From positions 17,112,001-17,176,000 of the forward strand of contig OZ024743.1 of the NCBI GenBank assembly GCA_964016885.1: DNA of 64,000 nucleotides, given 5' to 3'. This DNA comes from Eledone cirrhosa (lineage: Eukaryota). Each line of letters begins with the position of its first letter. Positions within the stretch are counted from its first letter, which is position 1. This document shows positions 14,901 through 27,000 of this stretch, in pieces. The translations under genes were made by a program, and so were the position numbers. The notes under the pieces were generated by a model. That model was given only the letters and a program-made list of their open reading frames with translations. It made no database searches and was not told the DNA's origin.

Positions 14901-16063
14901 AGGTATACGTTGCTGACGATAGCTAACAAGCTTGAAACTAGTACAGCGTTCCTTTGTCAGTGTTGAACAAACGAGCAACCGTGGTTGCTAGACACTACGG
15001 CTTAATACGGGATGTTTGTTTACAAACATACCGAGCATTATAATAAATGTTCTGTGAATCCATACGTGCATATATATATATGTGTGCATGTATGTATATA
15101 TATATATACATACTACTGTACGTCTGTATACATATATGTATGTACGTGTACATACTTATATTTAAGTAACAGCCGTACTAAGAGTGGGAAATGAAATATC
15201 GTTTCATTTTTTCCGTTTATCGTTTTCGGTGCACCCGGCCGATTAACCCACTCGATATGCAAATTGGGCTACTCAACCGTTAATATGCATAAGGTAAGTA
15301 TATACGTTCAACAATCTGGCAGGAAGGTATACGTTGCTGACGATAGCTAACAAGCTTGAAACTAGTACAGCGTTCCTTTGTCAGTGTTGAACAAACGAGC
15401 AACCGTGGTTGCTAGACACTACGGCTTAATACGGGATGTTTGTTTACAAACATACCGAGCATTATAATAAATGTTCTGTGAATCCATACGTGCATATATA
15501 TATATGTGTGCATGTATGTATATATATATATATACATACTACTGTACGTCTGTATACATATATGTATGTACGTGTACATACTTATATTTAAGTAACAGCC
15601 GTACTAAGAGTGCGAAATGAAATATCGTTTCATTTTTTCCGTTTATCGTTTTCGGTGCACCCGGCCGATTAACCCACTCGATATGCAAATTGGGCTACTC
15701 AGCCGTTAATATGCATAAGGTAAGTATATACGTTCAACAATCTGGCAGGAAGGTATACGTTGCTGACGATAGCTAACAAGTTGAAACTGGTACAGTGTTC
15801 CTTTGTCAGTGTTGAACAAACGAGCAACGGTGGTTGCTAGACACTACGGCTTAATACGGGATGTTTGTTTACAAACACACCGAGCATTATAATAAATATT
15901 CGGTGAATCCATACGTGCATATATATATGTGTGCATGTATGTATATATATATATATACATACTACTGTACGTCGGTATACATATATGTATGTACGTGTAC
16001 ATACTTATATTTAAGTAATAGCCGTACAAAGAGTGGGAAATGAAATATCGTTTCATTTTTTCC

Positions 16064-16066
<3 letters not shown>
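11984..16066 (+). mobile_element. Retrozyme-like tandem array: nine ~424-bp HHR units plus a 5' inverted near-unit
   Basis: CTGACGA cores at 12370, 12792, 13221, 13645, 14067, 14491, 14913, 15337, 15763. 11984-12368 is inverted. No real ORF; (TA)n on both sides. Confidence 0.9.
14460..14547 (+). ncRNA. Type I hammerhead ribozyme (representative intact unit)
   Basis: CGTTG CTGACGA tAGCT aaca AGCTt GAAA CTAG TA CAGCG. Palindromic stem III; stem I extends via GGAA/TTCC, CTGGCA/TGTCAG, GTTCAACA/TGTTGAAC. Confidence 0.88.
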
Positions 16067-16132
<66 letters not shown>

Positions 16133-16158
16133 AGTATATGTATATATGTATATATATA

Positions 16159-16294
<136 letters not shown>

Positions 16295-16309
16295 CATATA
16301 TACATCGGA

Positions 16310-17080
16310 GTCCCACACCGGTTAGCTTTGCACATAACATTTTCCACAACTTCATTCTTTCGACATATTAAGTACATGTCCATAGTATAGAACTATGAAA
16401 TCTCGATGCGGAGAGTAGCAGCTCTAACTGAAGCACGTATCTGAGCTGCGAATTGAAACCATACTCCAAAACCCTTCGCATAAATCATATTTCGGGCATT
16501 TTTGTTTGCAACAGTAATGTATTGGTCATTATATAATATTCATGACCTTGTATATGTGAAATCATGAAAACCGAATGAATATAGAGAGTTTTTTTAAAAC
16601 CTAAATACCACCTTATGAAGACCGAAAGCTCAAACTGGAGCATTATTTTACCAACTCCAGAAAAGAGACGTACGTGACGGATAGCAATACGACCATCAGA
16701 TAAGTTGTTTAGCTGCAATAAAATGGATTCCCGACGTAACGTTAGGCGTCTCCAGAGAAACGGTGTATTCTATTAGTAGGGATCAAAATTAAATCACAAC
16801 GGTACCTCTCCGGAAAACTCTCACACATTTGTGATTTAATTAAAGAGAGGGGCTCTAAAGAAGCCTAGCCTTCAAGTATCTGATACATTTAATAAATTAG
16901 AGATAGGTGAGAAAACGAACACCATAAACCCATGGATGGCCAGATACAATAAAATATCTCAATGCAATAACTTTGATCATATTCATTAAGTATCAATATT
17001 TGAGACGATCTGATTATAAACAGGCACTCTATGATAAACCATAATTATGGGTGTGTTGTTCAATTACCTACTAGTTGAAA
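16310..17080 (-). mobile_element. Possible highly decayed LINE RT fragment
   Basis: Weak RT-like remnants only (IQGHEYYIMTNTLLLQ, near the YADD region). Confidence 0.25.
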
Positions 17081-17829
17081 ATCTATTTGAAATGAGAGTA
17101 ATTAAACGGAGATATTTTTTTTAATCACTGCGTATTTTTTTTTTTTTTATCAGTTTTACATCGCATTGAAAACCGAATGTTCTCTGATACATACATAATT
17201 GTAGCACATGAGTGAGGGTTCAATTTTAATGTTTCGTACTTCACTGAAAATTATAAAAGTGATTTTAGTCACCAAATCTCCATATTTCACGCCACATTAA
17301 TCATATTACTACACATTTGTGTAGAAAATTCTTTATTATTTACCCATTGAAACCCAAAATTGCAGTTATTCTAAATTTATCAGATAGGTCAACATATCAT
17401 ATATAATACCACTTTATTTTTTCGAAAGACTAAAGCATGCCAATTACGTAAAAATATAATTAATTTTATAAACATACGCACACTGACACACATGTGTATG
17501 AGTGTATGTGTGTGTGTGTGTATGTAAGTGTTTATTTGCGGGCGTTATGACAATTGGTCAATTTTACGAATACTCGTCGATATTACAATCTATTGTTCAG
17601 CTTAACAATGCACCATTATGTATCAATTATGTAAATCTATAAATATATTTACTTTATTCAATAACTGAAATAAGATTATAGGTTAAATATATTATCTCCA
17701 AATTTATTTCCAGACATTAACATTCACTATATTTAGATTGCGCTGTCAACCAACAGTAATGGAAAATATTATCTAATATATTATTTTTCTCTCAATTAAA
17801 ATTAACAAGTGACGTATATCTTTGGTTCA

Positions 17830-18045
17830 TTTGGCCTTATCAGTAGATAGTCGAATACGATGCTTTGAGTCAAAGACTTACGCCCCATTACGATCTGAGT
17901 TTAAAACCCGCCCCCGCTGAGGTTAGTTTTGGGTTTCATCCTTACGGGGTCGAAAATATAAAGTGCCACAAACACCCTGGGGTTGATAAAATCCACTTTC
18001 TCTTCACCCGAAATTGCTGGCCTTGTGCCTGCTGTAGCAATTAAT
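17830..18045 (+). mobile_element. Diverged tRNA-derived SINE
   Basis: ctgagtttaaaacccgcc...tttcatccttacggggtcgaaaatataaagtgcca...ttgctggccttgtgcct. Confidence 0.75.
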
Positions 18046-18340
18046 ATTTTTTCTTCCACTAGAATATGGCATTTATACAACGAATAGTAATATATGTCTA
18101 AGCTGAGGTTCAGCAAGCCACGCCACTATTTCTTCAATTTAACCGAACATCTAAAATATATTTTTTGGAAGTTAATAATACATTCTGCCCATTAAAACAT
18201 CTATTAATGCTAGCACACACACACACACAAACACACAACCACACAAACACCGGCACACACCGCACACACACACATACATACATACACGCACACACATACA
18301 TACACACACACATATATATATATATATAGAGAGAGAGAGA

Positions 18341-18342
18341 TG

Positions 18343-18410
<68 letters not shown>

Positions 18411-18428
18411 CATAGATAGATAGATATA
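18341..18428. repeat. (GATA)n microsatellite
   Basis: Seen directly. Confidence 0.95.
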
Positions 18429-18873
18429 TCAAATTACAAAATATGAGGAAATAATAGACAAAAATATAACTATATTTTCTTCAAATCCCGACTGCAGATT
18501 CGCCGATCCGTGTGAGCCTAATACATTTTAATAGTGCATTATCGCTGTGAATCTGATACGGCTTATCAAGAGACCCCTCAGAAAAAAGGACTGCTTCTTG
18601 ACTCGTTTATAGCAAGTAAGCATCTCTCGAGAGGAGGGGAGAGATATAAACACATAATACAGTGGTCACAGAAGGGTTGTAAGGTGGACAGTGAGCGAAT
18701 AAGTTATTCTCTCTGTCTCTCAGTTTCTCTCTCACTCTTTCTCTCTCTCTATGTATATATATATATATTTATAGTAATAATAATAAAATTGAAGACTAAA
18801 ATCCATAGAGGGCTCGATAAGGAAAGTATATATCAAATATATAAGAACCGTAGAGCAAATATTTATTAAAATA

Positions 18874-18949
18874 ACAGATTAAAGTTTAAGCAAAGAATCG
18901 CTGCTTTCACCCTTAACGGGATCTTCTGAAACTAACAAAGTCAATCTGT
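18874..18949 (-). ncRNA. Type I hammerhead ribozyme with variant CAGAAGA core
   Basis: Minus: ACAGATT..AGTTT CAGAAGA tCCC gttaa GGGt GAAA GCAG cgattct TTGC TT AAACT tt AATCTGT. Confidence 0.7.
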
Positions 18950-19856
18950 AAACGCAGAACTGGATATTTCAAAAAACGTTGCAACCGGAGGAAGACAGGA
19001 AGACGATACTTTGGTTCGTGGTAACGTTCGCTGGCAAAGAACGGGAAAAAACGAATAATACGTCATTAATAGGCTCGGTGAAAAACAATTACGCGCAAAG
19101 ACAAAACCACGTTATGGTATAAAAGAGGTCGTAGACTAATGTTCTCTTAGGTGGTGCATAGAGACGTTCTCTGGCAATGAACGAAAAAACGAAGATAATA
19201 AGTCATATGTGGAGCGTGGAGAAAAATAGCACGCAAAGAGCGTGGAGAACAATAGCACGCAAAGACAAAACCACAACATTCTAACTAGGAGACCAAATGA
19301 ATCTCCGCTACAGAGTTAAGAACAAAGTAAATAAATACAATACAGAAGTAATAGAAACAAATAAATACATACACGCAAACAGATACGTACATACACAAGC
19401 ATACGCAAAACCTTACCATGGGTATACTAAACCACGCACATATAAATGTGTGTGTGTGTATGCTTGTGTACAAATAAATAAATAATTATATAAACGTATA
19501 TAAGTAAATAAATACGTATATAACAAGCGCACACGCATACCTACATATAAATACACGAATGTTCGGAGACGTAACTCAACTAAAACAAGAAGTACACATA
19601 TACACACACCCACCATACGTACGAACCTGCACACTCACGCGGACGCAAAACTCCCGTGTACACATAGCCAAACCCTAAATACCAGAATATGTAAAGATTA
19701 TACGCTATAACAGTCAAATATACGTACGGGAAGGTATACATACCTTCACAAAACATACGGGTAATATATACTTACCTATGCAAATAAGTAAAGGAATAAA
19801 CAAAACATATACTTAGCTCCCACATCAAGACGTAAAATATCCACGTATAGATCGTG

Positions 19857-21190
19857 CTATCCGTTAGGGTATAACGTGGGGCTGTAATACAGGAAAGTTT
19901 TGTGCAATTTATGTTTACAAGCCGAAATTGCCTCAGATTTTTTGTTTAAGATGTGGTCTGTAGCGTAGAGTATTTCCAGGGTCTCAGCGGCGCAGAGGTC
20001 ACATGGTCTTTTATTTCCGTTATACGATCTAGCCCTAGCTAGGATCTCCCAGTGTAACTTATATTGGGTGTGGTTGTCTTTTAGACTCCAGATATAAGCT
20101 GAAAGTGACGTCATATTCCTTCTTAGAGGGTAACGAAAAGAATGGGTATGCATGTAAAGACGCTGCTTGAAACTATTGGCGGTTAACCCTATGTAGGCCC
20201 TACGGGACGTGGGTGTTACAACCTTACATTTGTAGACAATGTTACTAGAGAGGCATTTCCCGGATAGGGGGCAATCAGCCCGATTCCTACAATTACAGTT
20301 AGTACTAACTACAGGGTTGCACGTGTTCCTACGGCTAGGTAGTTTAGCTAAATTTGAAGCTGTGATGTTATGTGCAAGGTTAGGAGTCGTAGAGTAAGAA
20401 ATTTTAATAGTATTTCTACTAAAAATTTTACTATATTTATGTGTAGGGGGAAAATGCGTCGTAATAAGGGAAAGAAAGATCTTAGCTAATGGTGTGGCCA
20501 CCTCCATATTATATGGTGGGTTAAACCAACAAATGCGACGGGATCTATTTCTTCTAGGTCTATTTTCGTACTCTGTATATGCTACCTTATCGACAAATCC
20601 ACTTCGAGCAAGAGCTTCATTGTAATAAGTGGAATGGTCGTTGAAAATGCGCTCGTTGGTGGAAAGACGGGAAAGCCTCAACGAAACGTTTCTTACCAGG
20701 TTCTTGGTTATGCTGGCAGGATGGTTGAAATGCTTACTTATGTAATTAGCGTATCATTCGGCTTTCTATACGGGTAATACAACCCATTCAATAAATTGAA
20801 GGTAACGTCGAGATAATTAACGACCGAGAGATTGGCCTCGACCTGTATAGAGAGGTTGAAGCCTTTAAAGAAGGCTGTGAGTTCTTTTCTGAACCTGTCG
20901 CAAGCACGAGGTCCGCACTTAGTCATGGTCAAAGACTATCGTCACGGTACAAACCACCGCCCGCGTTGGGGAATTCGTCCTTGATAGAAAAAAGAAGGAA
21001 AAGGCCAATAAGATCAGTAACCTCCGCAGAGTCACTGGCGCCCATACTCACGTCGAATGGGGTACTATTGGATTGTTTTATCCAAATAGAGTCGTCGAAA
21101 TTAATCACCGACTTTCGGGCATTAAGGATGACATCAACTTCAAAATCCTTAACCACTGTGAGTGTTTTAGCGAAATTGATAGCTCTTTGT
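19857..21190 (-). pseudogene. PLE RT plus GIY-YIG endonuclease, frameshifted
   Basis: ORFs 20929-21156, 20738-20932, 19857-20681: WFNPPY, CNCRNRADCPLSGKC, IVYKC..AYIGLT..FKQR..H, CDLC. Confidence 0.88.
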
Positions 21191-21386
21191 TAGTGTCAGA
21201 AGATCCCGTTAAGGGAGAAAGCAGCGATTATTTGCTTAAACTTTAATCTGTTATTTTAATAAATATATATATATATTTATATATATATATATATATATAT
21301 AATTATATTGTTATACTTGGGGAGGGTCATATTTGCATAATATTGCCAGAATTAATATATATATATCTATATATATACACACACAC

Positions 21387-21446
<60 letters not shown>

Positions 21447-21470
21447 ATATAATTATATATATATATATAT

Positions 21471-21554
<84 letters not shown>

Positions 21555-21558
<4 letters not shown>

Positions 21559-22040
21559 ATAATAATAAAGTTGAAGACTAAAATCCAAAGAGGGCTCGAT
21601 AAGGATAAATATATATATCAAATATATAAGAACCGTAGAGCAAATATTTATTAAAATAACAGATTAAAGTTTAAGCAAAGAATCGCTGCTTTCACCCTTA
21701 ACGGGATCTTCTGAAACTAACAAAGTCAATCTGTAAACACAGGAGTGGATATTTCAAAAAACGTTGCAACCGGAGGAAGAAAGGAAGACGATACAATGGT
21801 TCGTGGAAACGTTCCCTGGCAAAGAACGGGAAAAAACGAATATAATACGTCATTAACAGGAGCGGTGAAAAACAATTACGCGCAAAGACAGAACCACGTT
21901 TATGGTATAAAAGAGGTCGTAGATTAATGTTCTCTTAGGTGGTTCATAGAGACGTTCTCTGGCAATGAACGAAAAAAAACGAAGATAATACGTCATATGT
22001 GGAGCGTGGAGAACAACTGCACGCAAAGACAAAACCACGT
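21555..22040 (-). mobile_element. Solo pLTR fragment of the 18.8-21.3 kb PLE family, HHR at 21659-21734
   Basis: Direct repeat of ~18771-19275 starting at a TA run. Confidence 0.85.
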
Positions 22041-22382
22041 AAATTTTTTTTTAACGGATGATAAAGTACTGTAAAGTTGTTGGAAGAGCCTGATAGAATG
22101 AGATGAGCAACAGCCAAAAGCACAGCAGCAGCAGTATTTCGAACTGTTCACCATTTAGGGTCGTTATCTTCAGTTTCGATATCATATTTATGAGAGAGGT
22201 ATATCGTGAATTATTGAGTTTTATCGATTTTTTTGCGTAATTGACAATTTTAAATATATAAATTCTGCATGACCTTATTGAAACTATTTCGAATATTGAT
22301 AAGTAATTTTCCATTGAAGGAGGTGTTTTTTTTTAATCGTATAGAAAAGGAACATGCACACACACTCGCTTTTATAGATAAT

Positions 22383-22569
22383 TGTTTCTACTTTAGGCAC
22401 AAGGCCAGCAATTACCAAGTCATTACTGGTACTTTATTTTAACGACCCCGTAAGGATGAAAGGCAAAGTTAACCTCGGCGGGATTTGAACTCAGACTGTA
22501 AAGGGACGTAACTATGCTAGAAAGCATGGCGTCCAACCCTCTACCGATACTGCCAATTCACCGCCCTTT
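22383..22569 (-). mobile_element. Near full-length tRNA-derived SINE (octopus OK-type) with 20-bp TSD
   Basis: A box tggcagtatcgg, B box gagttcaaatcc. TSD cactcgcttttatagataat at 22363 and 22570. Confidence 0.9.
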
Positions 22570-22945
22570 CACTCGCTTTTATAGATAATGATATATATAT
22601 ATTGTTATACTTTGGGAGGGTCATGTTGCCAATAAGAAACACACGCACCAGTTGCTTTCACTTCAATTTATTATATATTTATAAATTTATAAATTTACAA
22701 ATCTACAAACTTATAAATTTCTGGTTGGTTGGTTGGTTCCACAACCAGATAGTTGTTTATATATAGTCATAGTCCTTTCGTCACACACTCTGTGACCTCT
22801 TCAGTGACTGGGGATTCCTATCTTTGTTTCTGTGTCTTTCCTTTCTTCTATCCTACGCCATTTTGTTTCTGTGTGTGTGTTGTGTGCTCAGTTTGCGAAT
22901 GCGCCACATCCGGGTGTCCGTGTGTGTTTGTGTTCATTTATCTAT

Positions 22946-23387
22946 TTCAGGTACCTCCGTAAAAACACTTATTAGCAAGACATACCCGTTCCAAAGACCC
23001 TCATGTATAGATAAGAAATGTATAACCTGTAAAATAAGCCCCCATATTAACTGTAAAACTAGAAATGTAGTGTATAGCATAAGATGTACTGAAGGACAAT
23101 GTAGAAACAAAAATATAGTGTACATAGGTGAGACAGCTCGTATTATAGGGGAACGAATAAATGAACACTGGCGAGACCTTCAAGATAATAAAGAATCATC
23201 TGTGCTCTACCAACATGCTAAGATAGAACACAGGGGTAGATTAGAGAACATAGAAATAAAAATAGAATCCACACACAGAAAAGATGCAATGTTTAGGAAA
23301 ATTACAGAGGCAGTAAGCATAAAAGAATTTCAACCAAAATTAAATAGAAAATATGAGTGGAACAGCAACATCACAACTTACAATTAA
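22946..23387 (+). pseudogene. PLE Cys-linker plus GIY-YIG endonuclease (C-terminal fragment)
   Basis: CIDKKCITCK..NCKTRNVVYSIRC...C...VYIGETAR...ERINEH...HAKIEH...RKITEAV...LN. Confidence 0.88.
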
Positions 23388-23680
23388 GGACAAAATGAAA
23401 ACACACACAGGACAAAATGAAAACACACACACACATAGAACAAACAACTTACAATTAAGGACAAAATGAAAACACACACAGGACAAAATGAAAACACACA
23501 CACACATAGAACAAACAACCAACCAACAATAAATAAATAAACAAATAGATAAATGAACACAAACACACACAGACACCCGGATGTGGCGCATGCGCAAACT
23601 GAGCACACAACACACACACAGAAACAAAATGGCGTAGGATAGAAGAAAGGAAAGACACAGAAACAAAGATAGGAATCCCC

Positions 23681-23725
23681 AGTCACTGAAGAGGTCACAG
23701 AGTGTGTGACGAAAGGACTATGACT
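23681..23725 (+). ncRNA. Minimal hammerhead ribozyme motif (inverted copy at 22765-22809)
   Basis: AGTCA CTGAAGA g GTCAC agagtgt GTGAC GAAA ggac TA TGACT. Confidence 0.75.
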
Positions 23726-24039
23726 ATATATAAACAACTATCTGGTTGTGGAACCAACCAACCAACCAGAAATTTATAAGTTTGTAGATTTGTAAATTTA
23801 TAAATTTATAAATATATAATAAATTGAAGTGAAAGCAATTGGTGCGTGTATTTCTTATTCGCAACATGACCCTCCCAAAGTATAACAATATCGGTTTCAA
23901 CACACGATTTCAGATAAAGAATCTTGCTAAACAAATTCAGAAACGAGATATATATATATATATATGTATGTGAGTGTATGTATGTGTTTGTATATATATA
24001 AACTCTTTTTGTGTTAAATCATCTCAGTGGTAATGCACT

Positions 24040-27000
24040 TTACAGGACCTCTTTGTAGACTATGCTGCGGGTCTTACCGTGGGTGTGTATAAAAAAAAGG
24101 GAGTCATTACTCCCAACTCGCGAGCAGGCAACATAAAGTTGGCCATGAGCAAAGCAGGGCTCTTTTAGATGAATTCCCGCCACGGACAAAGTTTGACCCT
24201 GAGATTTGTTTATGGTGATCGCGAAGCAGAGCCTTACGGGAAACTGATGTCGCCTAAAACCTATCGGGATGTCCGTGGTAGAAGGTTGGATGCTTAGCTT
24301 GGGATCAAGACGGTTTCACCTTTACCACAACCAGTTAAAATGGTTGCTTCAATGAGATGGTTCGTCATTGATTTGACTACCATTCGAGTGCCGTTGCACT
24401 GTTTTGGGGGGCGCATGTCACGCATAAGCATAATCGGACTTCCTACTGCGGGGGTCAAGGCTATTCAAAAACTCTACTGGGTAATCCGTCGCCTCCTGTG
24501 GATCGGTGACGCGGTCTATAAACTTAAAAATGTTCTCTTGGGCTGGAATATTGCCGAGTAGCTCTTCCTTGAGAGCATTAACAGCAGAGTTTTGGGGGGC
24601 TAGGATGGCTCTTGAACTAAGCCAATCTAAGTTAGTGTAGTTAACCTGTAGGTTTGGAAAAACAGTTTTTAAAAGGGCCTTAGGATTGTCAACTGTATTA
24701 CTGACAGATGCCAGCGACACCTCACCCGTTTCGTTGGAAGGAAGTCGGCTTTCCTCTATAGCTAGGATGGCCTGGCCGAATTCAGCAGACGTGCTGTCCC
24801 CGAGTAACTGCGCCCGCATGTTAACGCTCAGGCGGAGTGTCCGAACGATAGGCCAAAGCGTCGACGACTTCAGGCATGCGCGGACTTCATCAACCCTTGT
24901 CCCTTTGGAGATAACAGGCAGCCTTTGCCTGAAGTCACCCGAAAGCATTAAAGTCACGCCACCCAAGGGTGCCGAGGAGTTCCTGATATATTTTAAACTC
25001 CTATATAATACCTCCACAGCGCCCTTATGTGCCATGGTGCATTCGTCCCACACAATGAGGCAACATTTTGCGAGAAGTGCCGCTTTGTCGGAATGCTTGC
25101 TAATGTTGCACGTTGGCGTTTCAGTTCATGCGAGGTCCAACGGAAGCTTAAAGGCAGCATGAGCCGTCTTCCCTTCAGGCAGCAAGGTAGCGGCGATCCC
25201 CGATGAGGCGACCGAAAGGGCAATCTTTTTTTGTTGTCGAAGACGCGCTAAAATGAGGGGGGTAACGAAGATTTTGCCTGTACCGCCAGAGCCATCAAGA
25301 AAGAAGACACAACCTAATCCACCTAGTGCACTGTCAACGACAGTCTCATAAGCAACCCTTTGCTCGGGAAGAAGCTTACGTTCATTTTCATCTAGGAAAG
25401 TTGTCAACATGGCGACATCGTAAGATGTCTCCGACATAATATCTGAACCCATCACACTAACATTTTCCCTGCTGGCGGCTGGCAAGCCATGTGTTGGCAA
25501 GTCATTCCCCCCTAGTTGAAGGAACTCTTCTTGGATGGAAATTAGCCCTTGGTTGTAAATGATTTCGGCTGAACCCCACTTCTAAAGACGGATTTTGCCG
25601 TTTGGCTGTGCGGAGGAAGTCCTCGCACAAATCATCCCTGTACTTCAGCCAACGGGATGAAGGGTTAGCTAAGCCACAATTGTGCAGCAAAAAGGCAAAC
25701 AGTCCCCTTAATTTCTGTGGCGATTTCAGCACAGCACCATCGGCGAGAGTCGAGTCCCATTGGGAGTCATCTTCCAAGAGAGCAAGCCTAAAGCAGGCTT
25801 CTAGAAAAAGTGTTGCAAAGTTCCCTGTTTACTGTTTTTAAGTCAAAGAAACCTTGCGGCCCCTTGACCTTGTGCAGAAGAATGCGCAGGTGAAAGTACT
25901 CAGGTTGGGTTGGGGGAACCGTGTAGACTCTACCGAGGCAGTCAGAAAATTTAACTCTCGGATGCGATCCAACTGCCTTACGAGTTTTTCGCCGTACCCA
26001 GCTATTGCGGCGCCAAGTGAAATAGGACGGCACCTGAGGGTAAATTAGAATTCTCGCAAAAGCGTCTACGTGACAGAGCTTGAAGAAAGCGGTTAACGTG
26101 GTTTCTTTGGGGTTAGCCGCAACTTGAGCAGCATTTGCGGCCGTAAAGTAAACCCGCTGTCTATTCTCTAAGTGGACCGCCTGGTTTGTGATTTTGGGGT
26201 ACCTTTCATGGATAGAAAAATCAAAAATTCGCCAAAACGCTTCGTTTGTACTTATGTACCGGGCCGATAGGTACTCACTGACCTCGTCCCGGTCGGACTG
26301 GAGGGCGAATGCGGCGGAATCGCAGCCCTTGTTGACGTACTTGCAAACATATTTAATCGATTTAACTGAGCTACAGAATTCCACATTAATGTGGGCTTGG
26401 AACGTCGAAGTGAGAAGTGGACAATAGGAGACCACCCATCGATTGTCGACTTGCTTGCCCCTTACAATGGCAGTAAAACCACCGTCTTCAGGCGACCGGC
26501 TCCTGTACAGGGGATAGCCGTCGTGCCCTGTCTGGGTCTCTGAAACAAATTTCCTAGGGTACCTCTTAGTACAGATCCATCTTTCTGACACGAATGGTTA
26601 AAACCCGGATAACAGGGTCCGTGTATCATGGAAGTCGTAACGACGTCGAAGAGTTCTTTGTCGGTGGCAGGGTTGGGGATCTCTGCCCAGATAAATTTGT
26701 CGATGTCGTTGGAGTTGATCTTGTTCTGCAGCCACAGTAACAGATCAATGTGAGGCAGGCCCCGATTCTGCCATTCTACGGTGTACGTATGGCATCTAGC
26801 AGGGCCGAAGATGTTGGCTTTTGCACAACATGCCTTCATTTTCTGTATGTTCCTCTCGAAAGCCCTCGCTATGAGGTCAAGGCGGTTGTGGTATGACTGC
26901 CCTGGAAGGAGTTCTCGGGTGATCTCATCCGCCTTCGGGATGCACGTGAAGGTGATGAAGAGGTCAGGACGGCCGTAGGCCCGCGCGTAGGTCATGGCGT

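Larger units (their letters stand above)
18771..21265 (-). mobile_element. 5'-truncated Penelope-like element (Hydra-group-like) with 3' pLTR and 5' inverted pLTR piece
   Basis: Frameshifted RT (FDVSMGASDSAE, GGGLYRDD, VNYLDVTFNL) and GIY-YIG. 21184-21265 is the reverse complement of 18860-18941. TA flanks. Confidence 0.9.
22601..23948 (+). mobile_element. Penelope-like element: inverted pLTR, GIY-YIG fragment, pLTR and tail
   Basis: 22601-22945 is the reverse complement of ~23545-23891. ~57-nt tail, TA flanks, internal ~72-bp duplication at 23376-23520. Confidence 0.9.

Noticed and set aside
12368-16066. CRISPR array, or tandem 60-aa genes (MFVYKHTEH...)
   Set aside because: No unique spacers and a eukaryotic context. 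The small ORFs are disrupted by TA-length changes between units.
22330-22382. Second Helitron 5' end (minus tctataaaagcgagtgtgtg) or continuation of the big Helitron's 3' end
   Set aside because: Short resemblance only; no hairpin or CTRR found.
22490-22569. tRNA gene
   Set aside because: A and B boxes belong to the SINE head; no cloverleaf, and it is flanked by a TSD.
19857-23387. Naiad-type selenoprotein PLE
   Set aside because: GIY-YIG is C-terminal here, not N-terminal, and I saw no in-frame UGA at conserved Cys positions.
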